From assembly GCA_023267635.1 (NCBI GenBank), contig JAHFMX010000005.1, forward strand, positions 1,989-65,988: 64,000 bases of DNA. The letters are read 5' to 3'. Origin of the DNA: a bacterium. Lineage in GTDB: Bacteria; Patescibacteriota; Minisyncoccia; Phycocordibacterales; UBA5272. Under the pieces are notes generated by a model. The model saw only the letters and a list, made by a program, of their open reading frames with translations. It searched no databases and was not told the origin of the DNA. Below, one piece after another: positions 1-8,851 of the stretch (the first letter of the stretch is position 1; every line of letters starts with the position of its first letter). Made by a program: the position numbers and the translations under genes.

Positions 1-14
1 CAAAGGAAGGGGGG

Positions 15-404
15 CTATGTTTGGAATCCAAGACCTAACGCACTGAGTGCGCTCTTGGTTTTCTCGAAACGCCCTTTGCCAATTCCTGGAGTTTCCAGAA
101 ATTCGCTTTCTGTTTTACTGCAGAGATTGCCCACCGTGCGCATGCCTGCGTGGTAGAACAGATTCACAAGACTCGGTGGCAACGCGAGGGTTGAGTCCTT
201 GGGAAAGAACGTGGGGTCCGACAGCTTTTGAACATCCTCAAGGAGAACTTTTTGTGCAAAGGGCTCCAGGGCTACGGCGGTGAAAGAATTTCCCTTTTCC
301 TTGGAAAAGGTTTTAGGTGTGACGGGCGGTAAGAAGCAGGACTGCAGGCGACGGCGCTGAGCCGTAGTTTTCTTTTGCTTGCGACGCTCACGGACTGAAG
401 GCAT
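15..404 (-). CDS. Small basic protein with helix-hairpin-helix resembling RNA polymerase alpha-subunit C-terminal domain
   Basis: 129-aa ORF; ATG at 404-402 with GGAG about 7 nt upstream; C-terminal LVNLFYHAGMRTVGNLCSKTESEFLETPGIGKGRFEKTKSALSALGLGF fits alpha-CTD pattern (LxxRxxNxLxxAGIxTVGDLxxxTExELLxxxNxGKKSxxEIxxxLxxxGLxL); segment is GC-richer (about 52%) than flanks. Confidence 0.45.
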   Translation of the reverse strand: MPSVRERRKQKKTTAQRRRLQSCFLPPVTPKTFSKEKGNSFTAVALEPFAQKVLLEDVQKLSDPTFFPKDSTLALPPSLVNLFYHAGMRTVGNLCSKTESEFLETPGIGKGRFEKTKSALSALGLGFQT

Positions 405-500
405 GGTTTTACTCCATCTTTACATAGTGTACAAACCCTTACGGGGCTATCAAGACACTACCACAAAACAGTATTTGGCCCAATGTGGTATATTTCACCC

Positions 501-1421
501 ATGCCAGAGCTTCCAGAGGTACACACAACAGTAACTGGCCTCCAAAGTGTTTTACCAGAACTATCTATCACCGATATCTGGACAGACATGTGGAGCGAGT
601 CCCGACTTTCTAAAAATACGATTAAGGATCGTAGCTATTTTCCCTACTTCAAAAAGTACGCACTTAATACAAAAGTAAAACAGGTTCGTCGTCGAGCAAA
701 ACATATTCTTATTGATTTCGAGAATGGCTTCACGATGATTATTCACATGAAGATGACGGGGCATTTAATGTACGGAAAATACAAACAAAATAAGAACTAT
801 GATGGACGTCAGTGGCCATGGGTTCCTGTAGATAAAGGTTCCCCTCTTAACGACCCTTACAACCGCCACATCCATGTTGTGTTCACTTTATCTAATGGTT
901 ACCACCTCGCATTTTGCGATTCCAGAAAATTTGGAACTATTGTTATAGAAAAAACTGACACGTTACACACAGAAAGATTATCTCACCTAGGTCCTGAGCC
1001 ACTTGAAACGTCGTTCACATCAAACAACTTCAAGGAACGCTTAATGAAATCCCCTACCCGAGCAATTAAAACAGTGCTTATGGATCAATCCATCATTGCA
1101 GGAATTGGAAATATTTATTCTGATGAAATGTTACACCGCGCGCACATTTTGCCCACTCGAACATCGAAGAGCCTTACCTCTTCAGAATACAAACTATTAT
1201 TTACCTCAATGAAAGCAGTGCTTTCAAAAGGAATAGACTTTGGAGGTGACAGTACAAGCGACTATAGAAATATTAAAGGTGAGCGTGGAGCATTTCACGA
1301 AAACCACCAGGTCTATTTGCGGACAAAAGAAAAATGCCTCACAAAAAATTGTAAAGGCATTATCGAAAAAAGAATAATTGGTGGACGCAGCGCTCACTTC
1401 TGTCGCGTGTGCCAGAAATAA
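501..1421 (+). CDS. mutM: Formamidopyrimidine-DNA glycosylase (Fpg/MutM)
   Basis: N-terminal MPELPEVHT (catalytic Pro2 signature), C-terminal zinc finger CxxC...CRVCQK; ORF track starts at 483 but MPELPEV at 501 is the canonical start. Confidence 0.85.
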   Translation: MPELPEVHTTVTGLQSVLPELSITDIWTDMWSESRLSKNTIKDRSYFPYFKKYALNTKVKQVRRRAKHILIDFENGFTMIIHMKMTGHLMYGKYKQNKNYDGRQWPWVPVDKGSPLNDPYNRHIHVVFTLSNGYHLAFCDSRKFGTIVIEKTDTLHTERLSHLGPEPLETSFTSNNFKERLMKSPTRAIKTVLMDQSIIAGIGNIYSDEMLHRAHILPTRTSKSLTSSEYKLLFTSMKAVLSKGIDFGGDSTSDYRNIKGERGAFHENHQVYLRTKEKCLTKNCKGIIEKRIIGGRSAHFCRVCQK

Positions 1422-1431
1422 CTGATGCATC

Positions 1432-1938
1432 TCAGACAAAGAAACAGTCATCGAGCCCTTCTTCTTTAATCGCCCTTCCTGAGTAATTCACTCCTGTTTT
1501 GTGGCAATATTTATCTTGCCGCATAAAAGCAGTCTTGTCTTTCGGGCTTTCGTAGACAGGAATCTTGGAAGTAATGAGTCCCGCCGCCAACTTGGCTGGA
1601 TGGTGGACCTTACCGTCCAGAAAGAAGAAGTTTGTCACCTTGCCTCTTTCTGCTTTGAAAGCTTTTCGCCACATTTCAAAATTACACCTTGAATTGAAAA
1701 AGATATCTCCCGAAGACATCAATCTCATGCCACGAGTAACGCCCCAAGCATGAGAGGGAGAGCCGAGAAGTCTTGATCTCACCACTACTGCGTGTCTGGA
1801 ATCACACCACGACAACACCATCCCATACCCAGCATGCCAATGCCTAAGGTACAAAATCCATAGAAAAACTCCGACTGTGGACAAACACAGCAGAGCAAAA
1901 AGCGTTGTCAGATATCTATCTGTAAATAAAGAACTCAT
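1432..1938 (-). CDS. Hypothetical membrane-anchored protein with conserved Cys/His residues
   Basis: 168-aa ORF; N-terminal TM helix (LTTLFALLCLSTVGVFLWILYL) followed by HWHAGYG and SWCDSRH motifs; no family recognised. Confidence 0.35.
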   Translation of the reverse strand: MSSLFTDRYLTTLFALLCLSTVGVFLWILYLRHWHAGYGMVLSWCDSRHAVVVRSRLLGSPSHAWGVTRGMRLMSSGDIFFNSRCNFEMWRKAFKAERGKVTNFFFLDGKVHHPAKLAAGLITSKIPVYESPKDKTAFMRQDKYCHKTGVNYSGRAIKEEGLDDCFFV

Positions 1939-2202
1939 GAGAAACTCCTTGTAATTAGTTTACTTAAACACTACTCCACATTCTACCAATATGCAAAAAG
2001 CTGTATACTCATACACATGGGAACACTTCTTAAAATATTCGTAGGGTTTTGGGTCATCTGGATTATTTGGTACATCACAGGCGGACCCCTTCGTGACGAT
2101 AAAACAAAACCCTTTGTACGGTTTAATGAAACAGGACAAATAGAAACAGTTGGGAGGTAGCTGGAAACTTTAGCGTATTTTTGCTAGGATAGAGCAACAA
2201 AT

Positions 2203-2226
2203 GTCCCTATAGTTCTGTCGGCAAAG
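2203..2226 (+). repeat. Degenerate duplicate of the 5' half of the downstream tRNA-Lys (pseudo-tRNA fragment)
   Basis: atgtccctatagttctgtcggcaaag vs tRNA 5' end atgtccctatagctcagtcggtagag (about 22/26 identical) 65 bp upstream of the intact tRNA; followed by ctgacTAAAAGgcag resembling an inverted anticodon arm. Confidence 0.4.
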
Positions 2227-2267
2227 TAAACTAGCCAGCTGACTAAAAGGCAGATGTGTCAGTATAT

Positions 2268-2340
2268 GTCCCTATAGCTCAGTCGGTAGAGCAGCTGCCT
2301 TTTAAGCAGACGGTCGAAGGTTCGATCCCTTCTGGGGGCA
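2268..2340 (+). tRNA. tRNA-Lys (anticodon UUU)
   Basis: Manual cloverleaf: acceptor GTCCCTA/TGGGGGC (two G-U), D-arm GCTC-AGTCGGTA-GAGC, anticodon arm GCTGC-CTTTTAA-GCAGA, variable CGGTC, T-arm GAAGG-TTCGATC-CCTTC, discriminator A; CCA not encoded. Confidence 0.8.
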
Positions 2341-2522
2341 CCCAAACGTGCTAGCACGAGAAGGCTAGCATAAGCAATCATGCCTGCTGCCCATGAAATA
2401 ATTTCAAAGATTAAATATGTATACATAGTTGTTGGTTTATTACGGAGACCGCGTGTCTTCCTTTCTCCTTATAAGAAGACCATGTTACTTTTCTAACGCC
2501 TTTCAACAGCACAATTATGCGT

Positions 2523-3248
2523 CTAGAAAAATGCCTCGGTATATATTTTTTCTACAGGAACCCCTGCACCTTTCAATCCCCTCCAATAATCTCTTACGAA
2601 CTCGATAGAGCCACAAATGAAAAGTTCTGAATCGGTGAAATCCTCATAACACCTAAAGATATCACTGACAGGAATTCGCCCTTTCTTTTCTTCCATTTTT
2701 GGCATTTCCTGTGTCAGATAATATTCGACAACCAAATTTCCATCTGATTGACGAGATAATTCATTCAGTTCATTTCTAAAAATGATATGCTTGGGTGTTT
2801 TATTAGAAAAAAGTAGGATAATTTTTCTTCTGGGAAATACCTTTCTTGAACACTTAATCATACTCATTAATGGAACAATACCTATGCCCCCGGCGACCAG
2901 GATCATAGCATTTGCTTCTGATTCAGAATAAAAATATCCATACGGCAACGAACCGTTGATTGTATCCCCAATTTTTTTAGCGATGAGCTTGTTAGAAAAA
3001 GTGCCGACACCGCGAACAGTAATACTCATACCTGACTCGTTAGGAGAAGATGAGAGGCTGTAGGACTTGCCTTCTTTGTGTCCGGTTTCTGGGAAAAAGA
3101 CAGTGATAAATTGTCCAGCTTTGTATGGCGGAATAACATTTTGCAATGGCCGAAGACGTAAAGTAACAACATCCTCTGCTTCAGGAATAACCTCTTGTAC
3201 CAAGTAAGTTATTGTATTATTCTCCATGATTGTTTTCGTAATCCTCAA
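2523..3248 (-). CDS. FAD/NAD(P)-binding oxidoreductase (ferredoxin-NADP reductase-like electron-transfer subunit)
   Basis: KSYSLSS (RxYS FAD motif), GGIGIVPLMS (NAD(P) GGxGxxP motif); likely start MENNTI at 3227. Confidence 0.7.
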   Translation of the reverse strand: MRITKTIMENNTITYLVQEVIPEAEDVVTLRLRPLQNVIPPYKAGQFITVFFPETGHKEGKSYSLSSSPNESGMSITVRGVGTFSNKLIAKKIGDTINGSLPYGYFYSESEANAMILVAGGIGIVPLMSMIKCSRKVFPRRKIILLFSNKTPKHIIFRNELNELSRQSDGNLVVEYYLTQEMPKMEEKKGRIPVSDIFRCYEDFTDSELFICGSIEFVRDYWRGLKGAGVPVEKIYTEAFF

Positions 3249-3651
3249 TTGCTTTTCGTAGTGCTTCGTGCCCCAGAACAGAACAGTGATACTTACGATC
3301 AGGCAAACCGCCTAGTCGTTCTATGATTGCTTCTGGTGAAATTCGCTTAGCCGAAGCAAGCGTCATACCGCCATTTTCTGTTACCATGACAGACATCATT
3401 GATGTAGAACCTATTGCTGAGGCGCATCCAAATGTTCGCCATTTGCATTCTCGTATCTTGCCCGTATTCTCGTCGACCTTAATCCAAACAGCCATCATGT
3501 CGCCACACAGAGGGCTACCTGAAATACCTATCCCGTCCGCTCTATAATCCTTATCGTCAAGAAGAATGTTTCTTGGGTTGAAAAAATGATCCTTTACAAT
3601 ATCGCTGTAAAGCCATTCTTGTACATTGCAGGTGTTTGATATGTTGTTCAT
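3217..3651 (-). CDS. iscU: Fe-S cluster assembly scaffold IscU/NifU-like
   Basis: Conserved GSPLCGDMM, KWRTFGCASAIGSTS, KYHCSVLGHEAL cysteine/His motifs. Confidence 0.8.
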   Translation of the reverse strand: MNNISNTCNVQEWLYSDIVKDHFFNPRNILLDDKDYRADGIGISGSPLCGDMMAVWIKVDENTGKIRECKWRTFGCASAIGSTSMMSVMVTENGGMTLASAKRISPEAIIERLGGLPDRKYHCSVLGHEALRKAIEDYENNHGE

Positions 3652-4835
3652 AAAGATAGTGGTAAAGGTGACATGGCTCGTAATTTTTCAACAACAGTAA
3701 ATAGCGCTTTAACAAAATAATCACACTCCTTTTCGGTCGTCGTCTCCCCGAGCGTTATGCGAAGACTCCCGTGCATAAGAAGGGGGTCTTGATTAATTGC
3801 TTGCAATACATGAGAAACCTGCAGATCTTGGGACGAACATGCTGAACCGGTCGCAACTGCAATTCCAAGCGCATCTAACATGAGGACCATTGATTCTCCT
3901 TCAATGTCAGGTATGGAAATATGAATGTTATTTGGCAGACGCTCTTTTGGGTGACCGTTTAACACAAGGAAAGGTAATACACCTCGAAGTGACTTAAGGC
4001 ACTCATCCCGAAGCGCAGATATTCGGACCACTTCTTTTTCTTTTTTTCGTTCTACGCGAGATAGAGCTTCTTGAAACCCAACAATGTGAGGAAGACTTTC
4101 AGTGCCCGAACGGAGACCCTCTTCTTGTCCTCCTCCAAAAATAATAGCCTGCATGGCAACACTCTTTTTTCGATAGAGCACTCCTACTCCTTTAGGTCCG
4201 TAAATTTTGGAACCATTAAGTGAAAGAAGATCTACGTCAAGATCTTTAACATTAAGAGAAAGGTACCCGGCGGCCTGACACGCGTCAGTGTGAAGAATAG
4301 GGTATACCACCCCTTTTCTTTTAAAAGATAAAGCTCTTGATAAATCTTTTATAGGCTGAATCGTGCCAATTTCATTGTTTGCGTACATCACAGAGATAAG
4401 AATGGTTTTCTCGTTAATTCTTCTGATGCAGTCGTTGACGTCAATCATACCGAATGCATCCACTGGAACATGCTCTATAATGAACCCTTCTTTTGCAAGC
4501 TGTTGAGTAGCTTCCAAAACAGCTTTATGTTCAATGGCCGAAACGAGAATATGATTGCCGTGTATTTTATTAGCGCGAGCAGTTCCTAACAGCGCTAAGT
4601 TGTTTGACTCAGTTCCCGAGCCGGTAAAAATAATCTCTTCTGGTAAGGCATGGAGAACTGAAGCAACAGCACTCCTTGATTTTTCAAGAACGTATCTTGC
4701 TTTTCTCCCTAGAGAGTAAAGGGCTGACGGATTGCCGTAGCCAGATCCAAAATAGGGAAGCATCAAGTCAAGCACCTCATTAGAGGTTGGTGTTCCTGCT
4801 GCGTGGTCGAGGTAGATTGATGGTTTACTAATCAT
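3648..4835 (-). CDS. iscS: Cysteine desulfurase (IscS/NifS, class V aminotransferase)
   Basis: PLP-lysine motif SLNGSKIYGPKGVGVLY, active-site loop GSACSS; 395 aa. Confidence 0.85.
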   Translation of the reverse strand: MISKPSIYLDHAAGTPTSNEVLDLMLPYFGSGYGNPSALYSLGRKARYVLEKSRSAVASVLHALPEEIIFTGSGTESNNLALLGTARANKIHGNHILVSAIEHKAVLEATQQLAKEGFIIEHVPVDAFGMIDVNDCIRRINEKTILISVMYANNEIGTIQPIKDLSRALSFKRKGVVYPILHTDACQAAGYLSLNVKDLDVDLLSLNGSKIYGPKGVGVLYRKKSVAMQAIIFGGGQEEGLRSGTESLPHIVGFQEALSRVERKKEKEVVRISALRDECLKSLRGVLPFLVLNGHPKERLPNNIHISIPDIEGESMVLMLDALGIAVATGSACSSQDLQVSHVLQAINQDPLLMHGSLRITLGETTTEKECDYFVKALFTVVEKLRAMSPLPLSL

Positions 4836-4844
4836 GATACAAGA

Positions 4845-5534
4845 TTATCTAATTCCACAAAAAGACACATAGTGTCCCATCATTGTTTGTATTCTTGCGA
4901 ATTCTTCATCGTTGTAGGTAACTTTCTTTAAAAATTGAGGGTTGAGTATTTTTGTTGGAACAAACTTTTGCAAATAGTAATTTGCTGCCCCCTTGATTTC
5001 TCTCCCTATTTCTTCAATGTCCTCAACGGATAACATCGAACGAACAATGGTCGTACGAAACTCATACGGAATATCACTTCCCATGATTACTTCAATACTG
5101 CTTTTGATCGCGTGAATGTCTACAGGACGGGCTACGGTTTGCGAGTATTTACTAAGTGGAGACTTGATGTCCATCGCGATGTAGTCAGCCAAGTTTTCCT
5201 TTATAACCTCTTGTATAAATTCCGGATGAACGCCATTTGTGTCTAATTTAATCAGAAAGTTTCTTTGCTTCACTTCCCGCATAAATGAGATTAATTTTGG
5301 ACCATGCATCGTCGGCTCGCCTCCTGTTATTACGATGCCGTCTATCATCCCTTTCCTCTCGTCAAGAAACTTAAGGATGACGCTCTCATCAATTCGTGTC
5401 GTACATGTTTCATCAACCAGTTCCGGATTATGACAGTATGGACATCGAAATGGGCATCCAATGGTATACACCATGCATGCAATTTTCCCCGGAAAATCTA
5501 TAAGAGTAAATTTTTCAAAGCCTCCAAACTCCAT
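4845..5534 (-). CDS. nrdG: Anaerobic ribonucleoside-triphosphate reductase activating protein (radical SAM)
   Basis: GCPFRCPYCHNPELV (CxxxCxxC radical-SAM cluster motif), adjacent to nrdD. Confidence 0.8.
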   Translation of the reverse strand: MEFGGFEKFTLIDFPGKIACMVYTIGCPFRCPYCHNPELVDETCTTRIDESVILKFLDERKGMIDGIVITGGEPTMHGPKLISFMREVKQRNFLIKLDTNGVHPEFIQEVIKENLADYIAMDIKSPLSKYSQTVARPVDIHAIKSSIEVIMGSDIPYEFRTTIVRSMLSVEDIEEIGREIKGAANYYLQKFVPTKILNPQFLKKVTYNDEEFARIQTMMGHYVSFCGIR

Positions 5535-5536
5535 AC

Positions 5537-7735
5537 CTATACAGTTACTCTAATCTTAGGAACTACAACCACTTCGCTTGGCGCTGTTTCAGGCGCGTAC
5601 ATTTCCCGAATAGAATACTCGGCTTGCTTACCTTCATTCCACTGGCTTACCGGCCGCAAGTACCCAACGATACGAGAATACACTTCACATGCACTCTGGC
5701 ATGTCGGACATGTAAAATGTTCCCCTGTAATATAACCATGAGTTCCGCATACGCTGAATGTTGGCGTAATGGTAAAATAAGGCAATTTATAGTTCTCGCA
5801 CACTTTTCTGACCAAGTTGGGAATAGATCTATAGTCCGCAATTCGCTCACCCAAGAAGAGGTGAATAACCGTTCCTCCTGTATATTTTGTTTGAAGCCCG
5901 TCTTGGATATTTAACGTCTCAACAATATCTGTACTGTAGTTAACTGGAAGATGGGAGGAGTTTGTATAAAACGGTTTAGCCCCTTTATTATATTCAACCT
6001 CATTAGCAACAAGAATATTTGGATACATCTTTTTATCTCGTAACGCCAAACGAAATGATGTCCCTTCAGCGGGAGTAGCTTCAAGGTTATAGAGATTATC
6101 TGTTTCTTTTTGATATTGAATCAAGCGACTTCGCATGTGGTCAAGCGTCTCGCCGGCGAATTGCTCACCTGATTTAGTGCCTACGCTTTCACCAAAAAGG
6201 TTAAGTGTAGCCTCATTCATTCCGATTAATCCAATGGTAGAGAAATGATTCCTCCAATACTGTCCAAGTCCTTTTTTAATATTTCGCAAGTAGAACTTTG
6301 TGTATGGGTAGAGGTTCGCGTCAGTTAACTTCTCGAGCAGTTTTCGTTTGATCTCAAGGCTCTCTTTTGCGATATCCATTTGTCTATCTAATGCTTCGTA
6401 AAAATATTTTTTAGCTTCCTCAGATGAGTCTTTGTAATTGGACTTCGCCTGATAGGCTAGACGTGGCAGGTTAATTGTAACTACCCCGACCGATCCAGTA
6501 AGTGCGTTTGCACCGAAGAGTCCGCCTCCACGTCTATCTAATTCTTCCAAATCAAGCCGTAAGCGACAACACATAGATCTCGTATCTTCCGGCTTCATGT
6601 CTGATGTGACGAAATTACTAAAATAGGGAATACCATATTTAGCAGTAATTTCCCAAAGACCTTTCAGCTTGGGGTTTTCCCAATTAAAATCTTTGGTAAT
6701 ATTCACGGTAGGTATCGGGAAAGAAAACACTCTTCCTGACGAATCACCGCCCATCATTACTTCAAAAAACGCTTCATTGAACATGTCCATCTCCTTCTGA
6801 AATTCACTATATTTTTCTGCTTGTGGTTTACCCCCAATAATAACGGGAAGATCTTTGAAATTTACTGATGGGGTAAGGTCAAGTGTGATATTCGAGAACG
6901 GGGTTTGGAATCCGACACGTGTTGGTACATTCATATTAAAGACAAATTCTTGTATGGCTTGCTTAACCTCCTTCTGCGAAAGGTTGTCGTAGCGAATAAA
7001 TGGTGCAAGTAGCGTGTCGAAATTAGAAAAAGCTATAGCTCCTGCGGCTTCACCTTGCAAGGTATACATGAAATTTACCACCTGGCCGAGTGCTGTACGA
7101 AAATGTTTTGCTGGTGCCGACTCTATCTTGTCTGAAACTCCCTTAAATCCAACAGTAAGAAGATCCGTCAAATCCCAGCCCACACAATAGATTGATAACG
7201 TGCCGAGATCGTGAATATGGATATCTCCATTTTCGTATGCAGAACGAATTTCCTGTGGATAAATCTTATTGAGCCAGTATGTCTTACTAACTTCCGAGAA
7301 AATATAATTATTAAGCCCTTGAAGAGAGTACCCCATGTTACTGTTTTCTTTGACTTGCCAATCGAGCTTATCCAAATAGTTATCTACCAAACCTAGCGAC
7401 GACATTGTAGCAAACGATCGCATCTCGGCGTGCTGATCACGATACAAAATATACGCTTTTGCTGTTGCTTTATAAGAAGATATCATAAGCACATGCTCAG
7501 CCGCATCCTGTATCTGCTCGATTGATACAGTGTCTCCCAATACCGTTTTCTCTAAATAGTTAATGACTTTTTCGGCAAGTTGGACAGCCTGGAATTCGTC
7601 GTATTCTTTTGTCGCGAGCCCGGCACGCGTTAAGGCCTGGATGATTTTTCCTCCATCAAATAGCACATGAGACCCGTCTCTTTTAGTAACCACTAAAAAT
7701 TGAGATGTATTGCTAGTCGGGGTTTTGGTTTTCAT
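5537..7735 (-). CDS. nrdD: Anaerobic ribonucleoside-triphosphate reductase (class III)
   Basis: N-terminal ATP-cone (VVTKRDGSHVLFDGGKIIQALTRAG), C-terminal zinc/glycyl-radical region CPTCQSACEVYSRIVGYLRP; ORF track extends to 8038 via alt start but first ATG with ATP-cone-proximal start is 7735 (MKTKTPTS). Confidence 0.85.
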   Translation of the reverse strand: MKTKTPTSNTSQFLVVTKRDGSHVLFDGGKIIQALTRAGLATKEYDEFQAVQLAEKVINYLEKTVLGDTVSIEQIQDAAEHVLMISSYKATAKAYILYRDQHAEMRSFATMSSLGLVDNYLDKLDWQVKENSNMGYSLQGLNNYIFSEVSKTYWLNKIYPQEIRSAYENGDIHIHDLGTLSIYCVGWDLTDLLTVGFKGVSDKIESAPAKHFRTALGQVVNFMYTLQGEAAGAIAFSNFDTLLAPFIRYDNLSQKEVKQAIQEFVFNMNVPTRVGFQTPFSNITLDLTPSVNFKDLPVIIGGKPQAEKYSEFQKEMDMFNEAFFEVMMGGDSSGRVFSFPIPTVNITKDFNWENPKLKGLWEITAKYGIPYFSNFVTSDMKPEDTRSMCCRLRLDLEELDRRGGGLFGANALTGSVGVVTINLPRLAYQAKSNYKDSSEEAKKYFYEALDRQMDIAKESLEIKRKLLEKLTDANLYPYTKFYLRNIKKGLGQYWRNHFSTIGLIGMNEATLNLFGESVGTKSGEQFAGETLDHMRSRLIQYQKETDNLYNLEATPAEGTSFRLALRDKKMYPNILVANEVEYNKGAKPFYTNSSHLPVNYSTDIVETLNIQDGLQTKYTGGTVIHLFLGERIADYRSIPNLVRKVCENYKLPYFTITPTFSVCGTHGYITGEHFTCPTCQSACEVYSRIVGYLRPVSQWNEGKQAEYSIREMYAPETAPSEVVVVPKIRVTV

Positions 7736-7790
7736 AGGTAAATGTGTTATATTGATGGGTATAAATATATCATAATATAGATAACCGTCT

Positions 7791-8159
7791 ATGAATAGAA
7801 AAAACTTGGGGACAAGAAGCACAGTTGTCAAAATACCTGAAAGAAAGGAACAAACACACCCTACTCCGTCATGGGTGCCAATGTCCGTTACTGGTGAAAA
7901 GGAGCTTTGTCCCGACTGTTTTAAAGTGGTTGGGGAGCGCAGTCGATATAATCTTGTTTGCACGCTCGGAAAGGCTAAGGACGGCATGACCGTAGGAGAG
8001 TTAACCGATACCATGAATCTCAAGCAACCAACAATCACGCATCACTTGCAGATGCTTGAGTCCGTTAATGCTGTAGAGAGTAAATCCGAAGGAAGAACCC
8101 GGACTTACAAGCTTAATAGGAATGCTCATTGTTTTGAAGACTGTAAAATTCCTTATTAG
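7791..8159 (+). CDS. ArsR/SmtB-family metalloregulatory transcription factor
   Basis: wHTH with GERSRYNLVCTL...MTVGELTDTMNLKQPTITHHLQML...GRTRTYKL (SHHL-type recognition helix), CPDC N-terminal Cys pair; divergent from nrdD; alternative start ATG 7881. Confidence 0.7.
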   Translation: MNRKNLGTRSTVVKIPERKEQTHPTPSWVPMSVTGEKELCPDCFKVVGERSRYNLVCTLGKAKDGMTVGELTDTMNLKQPTITHHLQMLESVNAVESKSEGRTRTYKLNRNAHCFEDCKIPY

Positions 8160-8216
8160 TTTTGGAAGATCTCTATAAAAGAATTACAACTTTATTTGAA
8201 AGTGTTATTTTTGTTT

Positions 8217-8846
8217 CTAAATACTTAATAAAATACTTTCGAGTTCCACTTTCAAATCCTTCTCTCCTCGGTGAGCTAAAATACTAGCTCGCAGGATCCT
8301 GCCGCCGAACACTTCACATTCTACTTGTGTAAATTTTCCTGGGCGCCCAGAACGAATATCCGACCACACGGTTCCAAACTTCCACTGAAGAGCACCAGCA
8401 ATTGCTTCTGGAGACTCTATATCTCTTAATTTCATCCACTCAATCCAAACAGCTTTCTTATCTCGTCGAGCAAATGCTGTTGCTAAAGCAAACGGCGTCA
8501 CCTCGAACCCCTTCTCCTCTCGTGCATCATAGAGAGTCTCCGCAAACTTTTCTATTTTTTTCATTCTATTCGCATCTGCAAATGGTTCATCAATAACAAA
8601 AATATTTTGTGACTCTTTCATTGAAGGAAGCAGGTCATATACATGTTCTCGAGCTTCTGCTTTCTCCAACACCTGAATAAGGTGTGCTATAACCGTGTCT
8701 CCGAACAAACTTGTTGCTTCAACAAGTGGGGCGAGCTGATATATTTGCTCTGCATAAATATGCGCCGAAGGAGTCCCAAGCTTTGCTATCTGAGCTAAAG
8801 CCTTTTCTCTTTTTTTAGCATCTGTACCAATGAGTGCGTATATCAT
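8217..8846 (-). CDS. holA: DNA polymerase III delta subunit-like (HolA, truncated form)
   Basis: N-terminus MIYALIGTD...SLFGDTVIAHL resembles HolA MIYLLYGED...PfFgerrLVvv; follows polA; only 209 aa. Confidence 0.4.
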   Translation of the reverse strand: MIYALIGTDAKKREKALAQIAKLGTPSAHIYAEQIYQLAPLVEATSLFGDTVIAHLIQVLEKAEAREHVYDLLPSMKESQNIFVIDEPFADANRMKKIEKFAETLYDAREEKGFEVTPFALATAFARRDKKAVWIEWMKLRDIESPEAIAGALQWKFGTVWSDIRSGRPGKFTQVECEVFGGRILRASILAHRGEKDLKVELESILLSI

Positions 8847-8851
8847 AGTTC

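Noticed and set aside
47-283. 78-aa + strand ORF at window start
   Set aside because: Overlaps the minus-strand ORF that has an RBS and a recognisable HhH domain. Likely a GC-driven spurious frame.
1432-1938. Sortase hypothesis for the Cys/His membrane protein
   Set aside because: The Cys lies only about 20 aa after the TM helix and His-Cys spacing is wrong for the sortase beta-barrel. Kept as hypothetical.
5304-5914. + strand ORFs spanning nrdG/nrdD junction
   Set aside because: Antisense to strongly supported radical-SAM and RNR genes.
7736-7790. NrdR box upstream of nrdD
   Set aside because: No convincing match to the NrdR-box consensus, and no nrdR gene in the window.
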